A stretch of DNA of 63,597 nt, the filler included, from Folioceros fuciformis (Eukaryota): the NCBI GenBank assembly GCA_049999805.1. It is 7 parts of 7 records of this genome, joined end to end, with 100 filler letters (N's around TTAATTAATTAA, not from the genome) between each part and the next. Parts side by side here need not be neighbours in the genome. Positions count along the whole stretch, not along the records: positions 1 to 30,484 come from JBNGIO010002949.1; 6 more parts are not named here. The stretch is one strand, 5' to 3'. Every line of letters begins with the position of its first letter. Positions within the stretch are counted from its first letter, which is position 1. Shown piece by piece: positions 1 through 11,230 of the stretch. The notes below the pieces were generated by a model that searched no databases, had not been told where the DNA came from, and worked only from the letters and a program-made list of their open reading frames with translations. The translations under genes and the position numbers were made by a program.

Positions 1-234
1 ACGGTACCCAAGTCGGTGGTGGTGTGGTTTTGTATACCTTGGGAGCAGCTGGAGGTGTCAGCTGAGTCAGTTTAGCCCCAACCTCCGTCTTTAGTAGCCT
101 TAGATTAGCAACTTATTCCTCGTCTCCCACGTGAGACGAAGTTGCGTGGAATGTTGGCAGACTCGAATGGTCGGGATTCGTGGATTCCATGTTGCTATTT
201 TTCCGCTCATCCCGAGTAGGAGCTTGAGTCCGCG

Positions 235-2000
235 ATGGCGAGTGAGAGCGTGGCGGAGACGAAGCTGCAGAGCTTGTCCATCGGGGATGGCGGAGCCGGC
301 GCCGGCTCGGACCGCGACGCACACCCTCTCTCCCAGCTTCAGAAGAATGCTTCCAAGTACCAGCGTCCTCTGGAGCCCAAGGAAAGGATTGCAAGCAACA
401 TGACCGAGGTGCGTTTCGTGGCTGCGTCGGATTACGTGTGGAGTGGCGGATGCGACCCGCGGCGCGTCCTTGTCTTGTCTGTCTGCTCACTGCGGTGCCG
501 GTCACTGTGTGTGGCCGATAGCTGATCGGGTGGACGCCGCTGGTGGAGATCAATCATATCACGAAGGCGGAGGGTTGTCTGGCCAGAATTGTGGTGAAGT
601 TGGAAGGTCAGCAACCTTTCTGTTCGGTCAAGGACAGGATTGCTCTCCAGTAAGTGTCAGACACGGATTTTTGATGCTCGTCACTGATGTAGTCATGAGT
701 TTTCTCTGTTGAGGAGTGCGCGTGGGGGCGCCTGTGCAGCATGGTGGAATGCGCGGAGAGAGACAAGTTGATCACGCCGGGGGTCACGACTCTGCTGGAA
801 ATGACCGCTGGTAACACCGGAATCGCCCTGGCTGCAGTCGGTGCTGTCAAGGGCTACAAGGTGGTTCTGGTTATGCCTGCCACCTGCTCGATGGAGCGCC
901 GTATTCTCATCCGAGCCCTTGGAGCAGAGCTGGTTCTTGCAGGTTCGTGCCTTCACGTAGTGCATCGACGGTTTAGTGTTCCTGATTTTTGCTGCCTCTT
1001 CTAAAGACTTATTGAAGAAGGGCTTCCCGTGGTGGTATGTAGATGGGTCTAAGGGTTTCCAATGCATGGAGTCCATACTACACCACCTGCTGGAGACTGT
1101 TCCCAACGCTTTTTGGGTGAATCAGGCCTCCAATCTCAAGAACCCTGAAGCTCACTCTCTCAGCACAGGTGGCTTAACTTTGGCCTCCTTCTCTTCTCCT
1201 CCTCCTCGTCCTGCCATGCAACCATATATTGTGGCATTCTTTGTATACTCACAAGCCACATTATTGGTCCTGACGTCCTCAGGACCCGAGATATGGCGAG
1301 ATACCGCGGGCAAAGTCGATATTCTTGTAGCAGGAGCAGGCACCGGTGGAACCCTTTGTGGGACAGGGAGATATCTCAAGTCTCAGAATCCAGCAGTGAA
1401 AGTCATTGCCGTTGAACCAACAGAAAGTGCAATTCTTTCAGGTGTTGTTGCACGTTCCACGTACCTCGCACTTGTACCTTTTTTTAATCGTTCGGAACCC
1501 CTAAACCCTAGTATGTATGTACGTATGTATGTAACTCCGGCAAACAGGTGGACAGCCCGGCCCACACTTGATGCAAGGAATCGGTGCCGGCTTCATCCCT
1601 GAAGTCACAGACGTTAGTGTCTTCGATGATATCGTACCGTCTTCGAGTCAAGAAGCCCTTGAGCTTTGCCATAGGCTTGCCAAGGAGGAAGGCATTCTTG
1701 TGGGGATTTCGTCTGGAGGAATCTTCGCGTCCGCATTGAAAGTAAGACTCAATGTGCTTCCCCAGTTGTTCCGCGCAGCCACTCCTTTACGCCTGCTAAG
1801 TTTACGTCTACTTTTCCGTCTCACTTCCGTCATTTTGCCTTATCCATTTCACTTCACTTCAGGTAGCCAAGAGACCCGAGAACGAGGGCAAACTCATCGT
1901 CGTCATCCTGCCCAGTGCTGGTGAGAGATACCTCACCACCGCTCTTTACGACGGCATCAAAGACGAATGTGAGAAAATGACCACTTTCTCTTTCGATTAG
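235..2000 (+). CDS. Cysteine synthase / O-acetylserine(thiol)lyase-family (BSAS) protein, divergent paralogue 1; multi-exon
   Basis: The spliced reading (first exon 235-408, next from 522) gives [25 protein letters not shown] (PLP lysine), [55 protein letters not shown] and PSAGERYL. Introns are GT-AG and the stop TAG is at 1998-2000. Confidence 0.93.
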
Positions 2001-2736
2001 GTAGCATCTTAACCTACTGCACCGCCCGTGCCTTCGTCTCCCTGGGAATCTCTGCTTCCTTCTCGTGTCACACTCATGCAAGGCTATCATAGCTTCGTGT
2101 CCTCATCCATCGTCACGGCCTCATGCGGCCTATCCGCAACAACTGCATAGAATTTCCCCTTCCACACAACTCGCACTTTCGCACTCGAAACCTGTATCGC
2201 TCCTCGTGTGCTTGAGCTTGTGGTAGATGGCTCGATCTGTCGTCCTCCTTTTCTCTCAGGACTTCATCCCCTCCAGTGTCCTGTGAACTCGGGTTGTTGT
2301 GTACTACACCTGATGAGAGGCTCTTCCTCCCTCCTCCCTCAGAATCAATCCACCTATCAGAGGAACCCGTTTTCCCAGGCTCCCGCGTAGCACGCTCTCC
2401 ATGGCATGCCCATGGGCGTGGCAGAGTAGCGCGCCGCATGCTTCACGGTTCTCGCACCGAAGGCGTCGGCAAGAATGGACAAAACCTCGGCGATCGCACG
2501 GTGGGAAACAAGGGGGTACCGCGCGGTCAGGCGTGAGTGCTAATGGGGGAGGATGGAGCCTATAAGGACATGCCGTGGCGGTCACGTCACCATGGGGTGC
2601 AGGAGGGTAGGTCCTACCATCTCGGGACCCGCGCGCATTGATTTTGCGGAGCTGCATAGTCGCGTTCTTACAGTACGCAGCGGTGAGCAGAGTTGCGCCC
2701 AGTTGTCTAGACCAGGAGCTGTCTGCTCGTGAAGAA

Positions 2737-4393
2737 ATGCAGGGAACAATAGAACAGGGAAACGAATGCAGCGAGGTGGAGAAGATGGCTACGGTGGAAA
2801 GCCCAGAAGTGAGCCAGCTGGAGAAAAATGCCGTCAAATATGCGCATCCCCTGCAGCTCAAGGAGAGGATTGCCAAGGACATGACCGAGGTAAGGCCCCC
2901 TCCCCCTCAACAGGCCACGGCTTGGTGGGCGATCGTGGGCTTACAGCTGCTTCGTCGGTTGCCAGCTGATTGGGTGCACGCCTCTTGTGGAGATAAACAA
3001 CGTCACCAAATCTGAAGGTGCATTTGCCAGAATTGTTGCCAAAGTCGAAGGCCAGCTGCCCTTCTGCTCTGTCAAGGACAGGATGGCTCTGCAGTAAGTT
3101 TGTTGGCTTGGGTCCCGTGATCTGTGCCTTGTGACACTGGTCTGTCCAGCTCCAGAAGTGCTTGAAGCAACACTGCGAGCTGTTTTGTGTATTCAGCATG
3201 GTGGAGGCTGCTGAGAGGGAGCAATTGATAAGACCTGGGGTGACCACTCTACTCGAGATGACTTCGGGCAACACCGGGATCGCCCTGGCTGCCGTCGGTG
3301 TTCTCAAAGGCTACCGTGTAGTGGTGGTCATGCCAGCTTCTTCCTCTTTCGAACGGAGAATCCTAATCCGTTCGTATGGAGCAGAGCTGATCCTTACAGG
3401 TCCGCTTGGGTTTAGTTCAGCTGCGTCCTCGCGTTCTATGCTACAGACGGGTAACTGTGACTGCACGTTGCAGACCCAGCCAAGGGCTTTGCAGGTATGG
3501 GAGACAAGGTTAAGGAGCTGTTGGAGACAATTCCCAACTCTTTCTGGGTGGACCAGCCTTCCAACCCGAAAAACGCTGAAGCCCACTTCGTCAGCACTGG
3601 TAGTCTTTAGTCAGAGCCTTCTTGGGTGAGCTGGTAATGGATGGGGATCTTCCATGAACACAGCTACGATGAAGTGACGGTTTGTATTTCTATTTTAGGA
3701 CCGGAGATATGGAGAGACACCGCAGGGAAGGTCGATTTTCTGGTGGCTGGTTGCGGCACGGGCGGTACCATATCTGGGGCAGGAAGATACCTCAAAGCTC
3801 AAAATCCCAAGGTCAAAGTGGTGGCCGTTGAACCCACAGAGAGTGCGGTTCTGTCAGGTTAGCTTCTCCAATGGGCCTTCGGAGGAGGAAAGATGCAGAA
3901 GAAGCCGTTCTGAATGCTTCATGTGATATTGGCACCTTTGAGAACAGAAGCATTTCGGGATGATTCATGTAATTGTGGTACTCAATCAGGTGGAGCTCCA
4001 GGCCCGCACGTAATCCAAGGCCTGGGTCCGGGATTCATTCCGGCAGTGACCGACACCAGCTTGTTCGATGAAGTTGTAACATCTTCCGGGGAGGAGGCTA
4101 TGCATTTCGCTGCAAGGTTGGCAAAAGAGGAGGCTCTGCTAGTGGGCATATCTTCTGGAGCAGTCTTCTCCGCAGCGTTGAAGGTGAGAATTCCTCCTTC
4201 CTCTCCGGGTTTTGCCTCTCAGGGTGTCTCCTAACTTACGAACTTTCGCAACTGTTTCTAGATTGCTCAGCGACCCGAGAACAAAGGGAAGCTCATCGTC
4301 GCCATATTACCCAGTGCTGGCGAGAGATACCTGTCTACTTCTCTCTTCGCCACAGTGAAAGAAGAGTGCGAGAACATGACTTTTCAGGATTAA
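2737..4393 (+). CDS. Cysteine synthase / OASTL-family (BSAS) protein, divergent paralogue 2; multi-exon
   Basis: Same exon structure as paralogue 1, with motifs [63 protein letters not shown] and PSAGERYL. Stop TAA at 4391-4393. The start could be ATG 2737 or 2785. Confidence 0.92.
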
Positions 4394-4967
4394 ATGTCGT
4401 CGGTTTCGTTCAATAGGGATCCGGGGTGGAGACGGGTAGGGGAGAAAGCCCCTAATGCTTGTAGCCTGATTCGTTCTCTGGAGCACGTTTCTCAGAGTCG
4501 ATGTCCCATGCCAGCATGTCAGTCCATAATGGACTCCCAAAAAATTTTGTCCATTTGCATGTTACTAACTCGCTCAAGATCTTCCACACATGTACCGCTT
4601 CATACATCGGACATTCCACTATGCCCTGGGCAAGATGGAGTCTCAGAAGTGCATATAAAAGTCCTCCTAGGAAAACGGCAAATCGACAAGCCTACAGACT
4701 CAGGTCAGTCCCAACAATCGAGCCAGGTTGGGTAGCAATGAATCAGAATGAGGGGTGAAGAACACAAAATGTAGCATTCACGTAAAATACAGGGGTCAGG
4801 CAAAGTAGAAGCGCATCTGGGAAAGCCATCCAACTCGGCCACTGTGTTTACTTGAGCGCCCTCCTATTCCTAATCGAGGAACAAGTCCGGGTGCGGACAA
4901 CGAGAAGACACACAAGTGAAGGTCCCGCACGACGCAGTCTCGGTGCACTCAAACATTGGTCCGCCAA

Positions 4968-5750
4968 CTAAAGCTTGAAGGGAACCACCTTTTGCAGGAT
5001 GTCGTCACTCAAAGCCGTAACCTGCGTATCCAAAGACTTGAGCGTTTCTTCCTTCTGCTCCGTCAAATTAGCCAAGGCTATGGCCAACTCCTTCTCGATC
5101 CTAGCCCGGGTTTCGCTGAGTTTGGCCTCCAGCTCCGCGGCGGTCTCACGCTTGGTCTTGTTGAGAGCCAGCGTGGTCTCCACCCTAGCGGCTTTGATCA
5201 CAGCCTGCGCCTCGTCCGTCAGCCGCTTGATCTCCGCGGAGTTGTCCCGCACTCCCAGCAGCCTCTCCCGGATGGCGGCGTCCCGGTCGTCCATCACCTT
5301 GGCCACGGGCTTGAACCAGATGGTGTCCAGGGCAACCATCAGCAGCAAGAACTGCACCGCGATGATCGGCAATGTGAGGTTAAAATCAAAGATCTTGCCC
5401 TTCTCTTCCTCCGCCAGCGCCGGCATAGCCAGCAGCACGTTCAAGGCCACGGCGGAGGCGTTGCGGAAGGCGCGGGTGTCCGCCATGTCTGCACACATCT
5501 CCCTCAGCGCGTCCCTGACAGACCACGACCTGTCCACTGCCTTGCGCACCATGTCCAGCACCTGGGCCACCCTGATGCCATTGGCTTGCCTGCTGCCCTC
5601 CCCCGCGAGGACAGTGAGACTGGCCCTGTCCACGGCCCCCAGCCCGCAGGCTCTCGACCTCTCGGGCCCCGGCCTGCCCACTGCCAAGCTCCTGGACGCT
5701 TCCACTCCTGCGCTGATCCTCAAAGACCCCAACGGCAGAACGGCCGCCAT
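4968..5750 (-). CDS. ATPG: Chloroplast ATP synthase CF0 subunit II (b'), nucleus-encoded precursor
   Basis: Intronless 260-aa ORF. A transit peptide ends in an A-x-A site (PALA), followed by EEEKGKIFDFNLTLPIIAVQFLLLMVALD..WFKPVAKVMDDRD and a coiled-coil stalk ending LSDDILQKVVP. Confidence 0.96.
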   Translation of the reverse strand: MAAVLPLGSLRISAGVEASRSLAVGRPGPERSRACGLGAVDRASLTVLAGEGSRQANGIRVAQVLDMVRKAVDRSWSVRDALREMCADMADTRAFRNASAVALNVLLAMPALAEEEKGKIFDFNLTLPIIAVQFLLLMVALDTIWFKPVAKVMDDRDAAIRERLLGVRDNSAEIKRLTDEAQAVIKAARVETTLALNKTKRETAAELEAKLSETRARIEKELAIALANLTEQKEETLKSLDTQVTALSDDILQKVVPFKL

Positions 5751-5862
5751 CGCTGCGACACGAAATGCCTCCAGTCCGATCAGGAAAGCAGGAGAAGGCG
5801 CGCAGAGACGTAGCCTCAGCCGCAGGCTTGGTTATTCACAGGCAAGCGGGCGACGCTATCGG

Positions 5863-5881
5863 ATTGGGCTGTCCACGTGTC
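5863..5881 (-). promoter_or_regulatory. Candidate G-box/ABRE (CACGTGTC) plus CCAAT box upstream of ATPG
   Basis: CACGTG at 5874-5879 and ATTGG at 5863-5867 lie about 115-130 bp upstream of the ATPG ATG. This is typical of photosynthesis-gene promoters, but the motifs are short and could occur by chance. Confidence 0.3.
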
Positions 5882-6480
5882 GCTTTTCCGCCCGATATCA
5901 AACTGTTACAACATTTCTTCAATTCCACTGGTCAGCTCACCCTTCATCGTCGACTCTTAACTCAAGCCCTGTGAGGGCTTGGTTTAAGCTTTATAACATA
6001 GTGACCTGAATCGTCTTTGGTTTTTTTTTATTTTATTTATTATAAATTAACCTTATTTTATTACAATCAGCCAACTGGGCACATTGATATACATTGGGTA
6101 GTATATACTTGGATGGTTTCAAGATTTTTCTTCCATGGTGAATGATATCATGGGCATGATATGTGTATGGTATGTGGCATGGGTATGGATCTCAGAATTT
6201 TTTCATAGATATTATTTCTAAAATACTACATAAATATTTAGATATTATCTACAAGATTTATATTGAGACAAGAAATGATATTGAGATGAAAAACAACAAT
6301 CATAGACTATATATGTAGGCCTAGGGTCATCACTATCTAATAAATTATCTTATTGATAATAAAGACGATTAAACATACTTAGTGGTTGGGAACACTTTTC
6401 ATACATCGTTCGCATTGATTTTTTTGGGCACAAATCACTGTTTTTGAAGCATTTTAAAAAACTTTCTCTTATGGAAAGTT

Positions 6481-6660
6481 GTTACATTTGGGATGATTTG
6501 TTGCAAGAGCGTAAAAAGCTTACGAACATAAAGACTAGGGTTATTTGGGACGATTGGTTGCAAAAGCGCAAACAGCTTTCGACCTTGAAGATTAAGGTTA
6601 TTTGGGATGATTTGTTGCAAGAGCGAAAAAAGCTTCCAAACATGAAGACAAAGATAATTA
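6481..6660. repeat. Three ~57-bp imperfect tandem repeats
   Basis: ttgggatgatttgttgcaagagcg-like cores at about 6488, 6545 and 6602. The + strand ORF 6444-6824 reads IWDD(L/W)LQ(E/K)RK.L three times. Confidence 0.8.
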
Positions 6661-7020
6661 CCCCTGCACAAAGTAATCGAATCCCAAAACTTGTTCCACT
6701 TCATCATAGTTGCATGAACATAGATAACCTCAAAAAAGAGAAAAATATTACTCCTAATTATGGTGATATATTATTCATGCTGAATAGTCTACCAGGAAGA
6801 AGGAACTATCATAGCAATTTCTAGAAATTAATTCAGGAAGGAGGAATGTCAAGTGGAAAGAAGTATGACAAAGGGTTAGAGAATAGTGGTAGTTGCTGTT
6901 GTAATGGTCGTTTTATTAGTTGTCCTTGGAACTTTGTAGTTAGGTCCTCTAAGAGTAGAACACAAAGGATTGGAGAATGGGCCCTTTAGAGAACAAAGGG
7001 TCTTGATATCTGAGGATGGG

Positions 7021-7525
7021 CACAATTGTTCTTATGTTCCTCCCCTCAATTGATAAAGGTTGAAGTTACATCTTAGAGCAATGAACTAGCTAGAATGTAG
7101 TACGTGATTGTTCTTGTGTTCCTGCTTCCACAATTGTTCTTACGTTGCTCCCTTAATTGACAAAGGTTGAAGTTACATCTTAGAGCTCTGAACTGTGTTC
7201 CTGCTCCCACAATTGTTCTTATGTTCCTCCCCTTAATTGATAAAGGTTGAAGTTACATCTTAGAGCTTTGAACTGCGTTCCTGCTCCCACAATTGTTCTT
7301 ATGTTCCTCTTCTTAATTGACAAAGGTTGAAGTTACATCTTAGAGCTCCGAATTGGCCAGAGGGCAGAACGTGATGGTTCTTGTGTTCCTGCTCCCACAA
7401 TTGTTCTTATGTTCCTCCCCTTAATTCACAAAGGTTGAAGTTACATCTTAGAGCTCTGAACTGGCCAGAGGGCAATACGTGATTGTTCTTGTGTTCCTGC
7501 TCCCAGTGACAAGGTTGAAGCTACA
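7021..7525. repeat. Minisatellite with long (~108 bp) and short (~80 bp) units
   Basis: The core cacaattgttcttatgttcctcccc..attgacaaaggttgaagttacatcttagagc starts at 7021, 7129, 7208, 7288 and 7396, followed by a truncated last copy. Confidence 0.92.
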
Positions 7526-8354
7526 CTAAAATGTTTAGTATTCTTGTGCTAGGAGAGTTGAGATAATATGATGAACAATGAAACACTTGCTTAAGGTGTG
7601 CATTTGGGATTGTTCAGCATATGATAGTGCATTTGGGATTGTTCAGCATCTGATAGCCACAGGCGTCTTGCACAGGCGTTTAAACGTGGTCCTGCGGTTG
7701 CAACTTGCAACACGCCGTGTCCCGGACTCCAGGTGGTGCCCTCAATGATTACTGATTCGTGAACCAGCCCTGCTTCGTATGTACATACACACATATGTGG
7801 GTTGGTTTCCGGGTCCTGAACGCTCAGCGATTGCTGTTGAAAATTCAAGTTGCGGAGCAGCGACGCCTGATATCGTGAGCGTGAGATGCGGGTGGCTGTA
7901 TGGTTTGGTGTCAATTTCCGTCTAGGTCAGTGAGCTGTGTGTCGTGCTCAGCGTGAAGCGCGCTTGAGTAATGCGCGGCTGTGTATCCGGCACCGCTGTC
8001 CGTTGGATCTTGGCTATGTCCACGGCTTCGCGCATTTCAACTTGAGCAGTTGCGGGCCGCCGCAGGAGCAAGATCGTGAGGAGGAGTACGTTGTGGATGC
8101 AGACGGTGCCCGTGTTCTCACTGGCGCTCCTAATTGCTTCTGATTCTCTTCCAGTTTGTGGGCGATTGATTGGCGGATTGAAGGCTGAGGAAGCTGGAGG
8201 CAGCGGTTTGGCTAACCAGTGGCAGGGATCCCCGTTGCTGTTGATCTGGAGCGGTCCCGTGGCAAATTCGTATTGGATCGCTGAGGCCGTGTTGTGTGTG
8301 GGGGAAACAGAAAGGCGGGCTTTGAAGTGGGTTCCGTGACAAATTTCATTCAGA

Positions 8355-10040
8355 ATGGCTGTAGGTTTTGTTCAGTGCAAACTTCGAATTTTGGGCTTGG
8401 ACCACAGCAGCGGCAGTGCTTGCGGCGTCTCGGTAGCCAAGGCCAATTCCCAGCTCATCCCCCGTGGCGGGCCGAGGCCTTTCATCAAGTTGGGCATCGA
8501 GGATACCTCGCAACCCTCGACTGCTGCGAAGGCCTTGCTTCGGAGATCGACGAATACCGCTAAGCTTAGTGGCTTGCCAAGAGCAGGAGGACGGGAGCCT
8601 GAACAGAAGGAGCATTGCAATGGAGAAGCTTTCAAGCAGGCCATCACTGAGATGGAATACAGCTCCAGGGAGGCAGCTGAAGTTCTTGAAGACATGCAGG
8701 GGAAGTTGTCTAGTACTGATCTTCAGCTGGTCCTCAAGTATTTTGCCCAAGAGGGCAAGGATTGTTGGTATGCTTTGGAGGTCTTTGAGTGGATGCGGAA
8801 GGTGAACAGGGTGGAGGATGAGACCCACCAGTTGATGATGTCCATAATGTGGGACTGGATCACGAAGGCGGTGGAGCAGGATTGCTCGTTTGACTTCGTG
8901 AAGAGTTTGCTGGAGGACATGAAATGTGTTGGTCTCAACCCCGATTTTCGGATCTTGCACTACATCATCTCGGTGTATTGGGACAAGGGTGAGAAGACCG
9001 CAGTTCTGGAATTCGTAACGGGCATGATGGATCCAGAAGAAAACGAGCAGGGAGATCTGAATGTGGCAAGCTTCCTGGTTTTGAAAATGACCGCAAACAA
9101 GGATCAGAGAGCTGCCATAGATTTCATTAAGAATCTTCGTGCTTCCAACGTCAAGCTCAGGCCTGAAGCGTACAACTCTGGCTTGTTGGCTTGCTTAGTC
9201 GAACAAGAGCAAGTAAGAAGTCTCCGACTATGCTTGCGTTTCGGTGTCGCTGCTAACCTTCTGTCCTCTGATAGCTGAAGATGCTAAAAGTTATTATCTA
9301 TCTGATGTTTCCAGCTGACGTTTGCACGCCGCCAACTGCAACGCTACCAACAGACTGGGAAGATCGCAAGGTTGAATGATGAAAGCCTGGCCAAGTTCAA
9401 TAGCTATGAAGCCGGCCTACATTCCGATGCTGAAGACATTGCAAAGAGGGCTTTGAAAGATGAGGAGTCCAGATCCACCTTTGCACCTGTAGTCTACGAA
9501 AGGCTGGTTGCCATCTATTGCGTTGCTGGTATGTGTTTTCCTCTATTCTCTATTTTGCTGGAACGGCGTGTTGCATTACATGGTCTGACGTATCAGTCCA
9601 ATGCAGGAAAGGGGTTAGAGGCAGAGAGATCCATGTGGCAGATGAAACTGGCCGGGCGTGAGCCTTCCATAGAGGTGTATAACACAATCATTGGGATTTG
9701 TGCACATTCAAACCAGAAAGAGGCTGCCCTACGTATCCTAGACAGAATGAGATTGTCAAGTATGTCGCCAACGAAGAAGACATTTTCCTGCCTTATTGGA
9801 GGGTTTGTGAAGGGCGGGCACCATGCACATGCAGCAGATGCATTGCAGCTTATGTTGGATCGGGGACTAATTCCAGAGGATAGGGTGGTTCTTGCCGTTC
9901 TGTACGGTCTGCAACAAGCTCAGTTAGTGAACACATACTTGGAGCTTTGCAAGAGGCTCACGAGAGAAGGTCTGATCGAGAATTGCCTCTTGTACTTGTA
10001 CTTGGATTTTTATAACCTGTGTATCATCAGAATGGTGTGA
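8355..10040 (+). CDS. P-class pentatricopeptide repeat protein, At2g30100-like, probably plastid-targeted; 3 coding exons
   Basis: Exons 8355-9212, 9315-9528 and 9607-10040 with GT-AG introns. Family motif DLQLVLKYFAQEGKDCWYALEVFEWMRKVNRV, and PPR repeats VYNTIIGICA..MRLSSMSPT and TFSCLIGGFVKGG..MLDRGLIPE. Confidence 0.88.
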
Positions 10041-11019
10041 GCAGGCTGGCTGTTGATAGTCCAGCCTAGGGCACCAGCACCGAGGCAGTGACCTCCTCTA
10101 TCTGGGAGGCGTGGCCTCTACAACCTTGTACAGTCAGATGTATAATGCCATTTGTGTAGAAATGTACATACATATGTAAGAGAAATGCTCCAATTTCCAG
10201 AGCATCGTCACTGTGTGTGTTGTGCGAGGCAGGGTGAAATCTGGGCATGAAACGCTTGCTAAATTTTGCACAAGCCCCAGATACCGCCCAATTGCGTGGC
10301 CCCAAATGCTCCCGCTTGATGGATGTCCAAGAGTCTGGAGAACATTATACTGTAACATGCGGCGACAGTGGATGCAAGTTTGACGACCGGAGTTGCGAGG
10401 TGGAGCATCCACCAGTGGCCGAACAGACCTTTCTCAACCAGTCGGACCCGGTTTGACAAGGGGCTGTATCATGTTCCACTGGTGTAAAGGACCTGAGAGA
10501 GCAGGGAGAACATCTATCTGGGATATTCCACCGGAGCTTTGGACCAAATCTTCTCCATTTGGAAGCTTTCTCAAATCACTGCAAAAGGCAGACGTAAAGT
10601 GGGGTACAGTAAAGCTTCACGGCCAAGAAGGAAGATACACGTGTTGCGACCATGAGATTGTCCATGTGAGCACCTTTGTTCTTTCTCTTCCTCCAACTCC
10701 GATAGGATCCGATCAGCCTAACGGTTCCAATTGTTGTACAAACTTTAAAAGTGTTAGCATTATTTTATATCTTATTTTCAACAATAAAGATTTAAATATT
10801 AAATACGATTATATGATATTAGAAGAAAAATAAAATAAAAAATCCTCCGTGTTTCAAAGTTCTACAAAAGAGGAGGGTCTCCACTTGCCATCCAATCACA
10901 AAACGTATCCATACACATAGTATGGGGATTTTATGTTATGTTTATTTTCAGTGGCCAAGGAGGTCGGTTTTTTATCTTTTGACTCTACGAAGGGCTTTTC
11001 TCTTTGGCTTAGGGTTTTG

Positions 11020-11230
11020 CTAGAGAATAGTTTTCTATCCTTTACACTCTACTTGACGATATTTCCCTTTGACTGACCTTTAGGCTCTACTTGAGGATAG
11101 GTTTTCTATCCTTTAGAGTCTACTTCATGACATTTCTCCTTGGTTGACCTTTAGGCTCTACTTTAGGGTATTTCTCTTTAGGTTGACCTTTAGACTCTAC
11201 TTTGGTGCATTTCTCCTTAGGCTGACCTAA
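11020..11230. repeat. Degenerate short-unit (~30-40 bp) tandem repeat
   Basis: Recurring gacctttaggctctactt and tttctatccttta motifs in an AT-rich intergenic region. Confidence 0.65.

Noticed and set aside
235..4393. Bacterial cysK operon or horizontal transfer
   Set aside because: Both genes have multiple spliceosomal introns in shared positions and plant-type flanking genes.
4956..6009. Long + strand ORFs (285 and 344 aa) overlapping ATPG
   Set aside because: These are antisense shadows of a GC-rich coding sequence, with no recognisable protein features.
7021..7525. CRISPR-like appearance of the variable-length repeat
   Set aside because: The intervening segments are copies of each other rather than unique spacers, there are no cas genes, and the context is eukaryotic.
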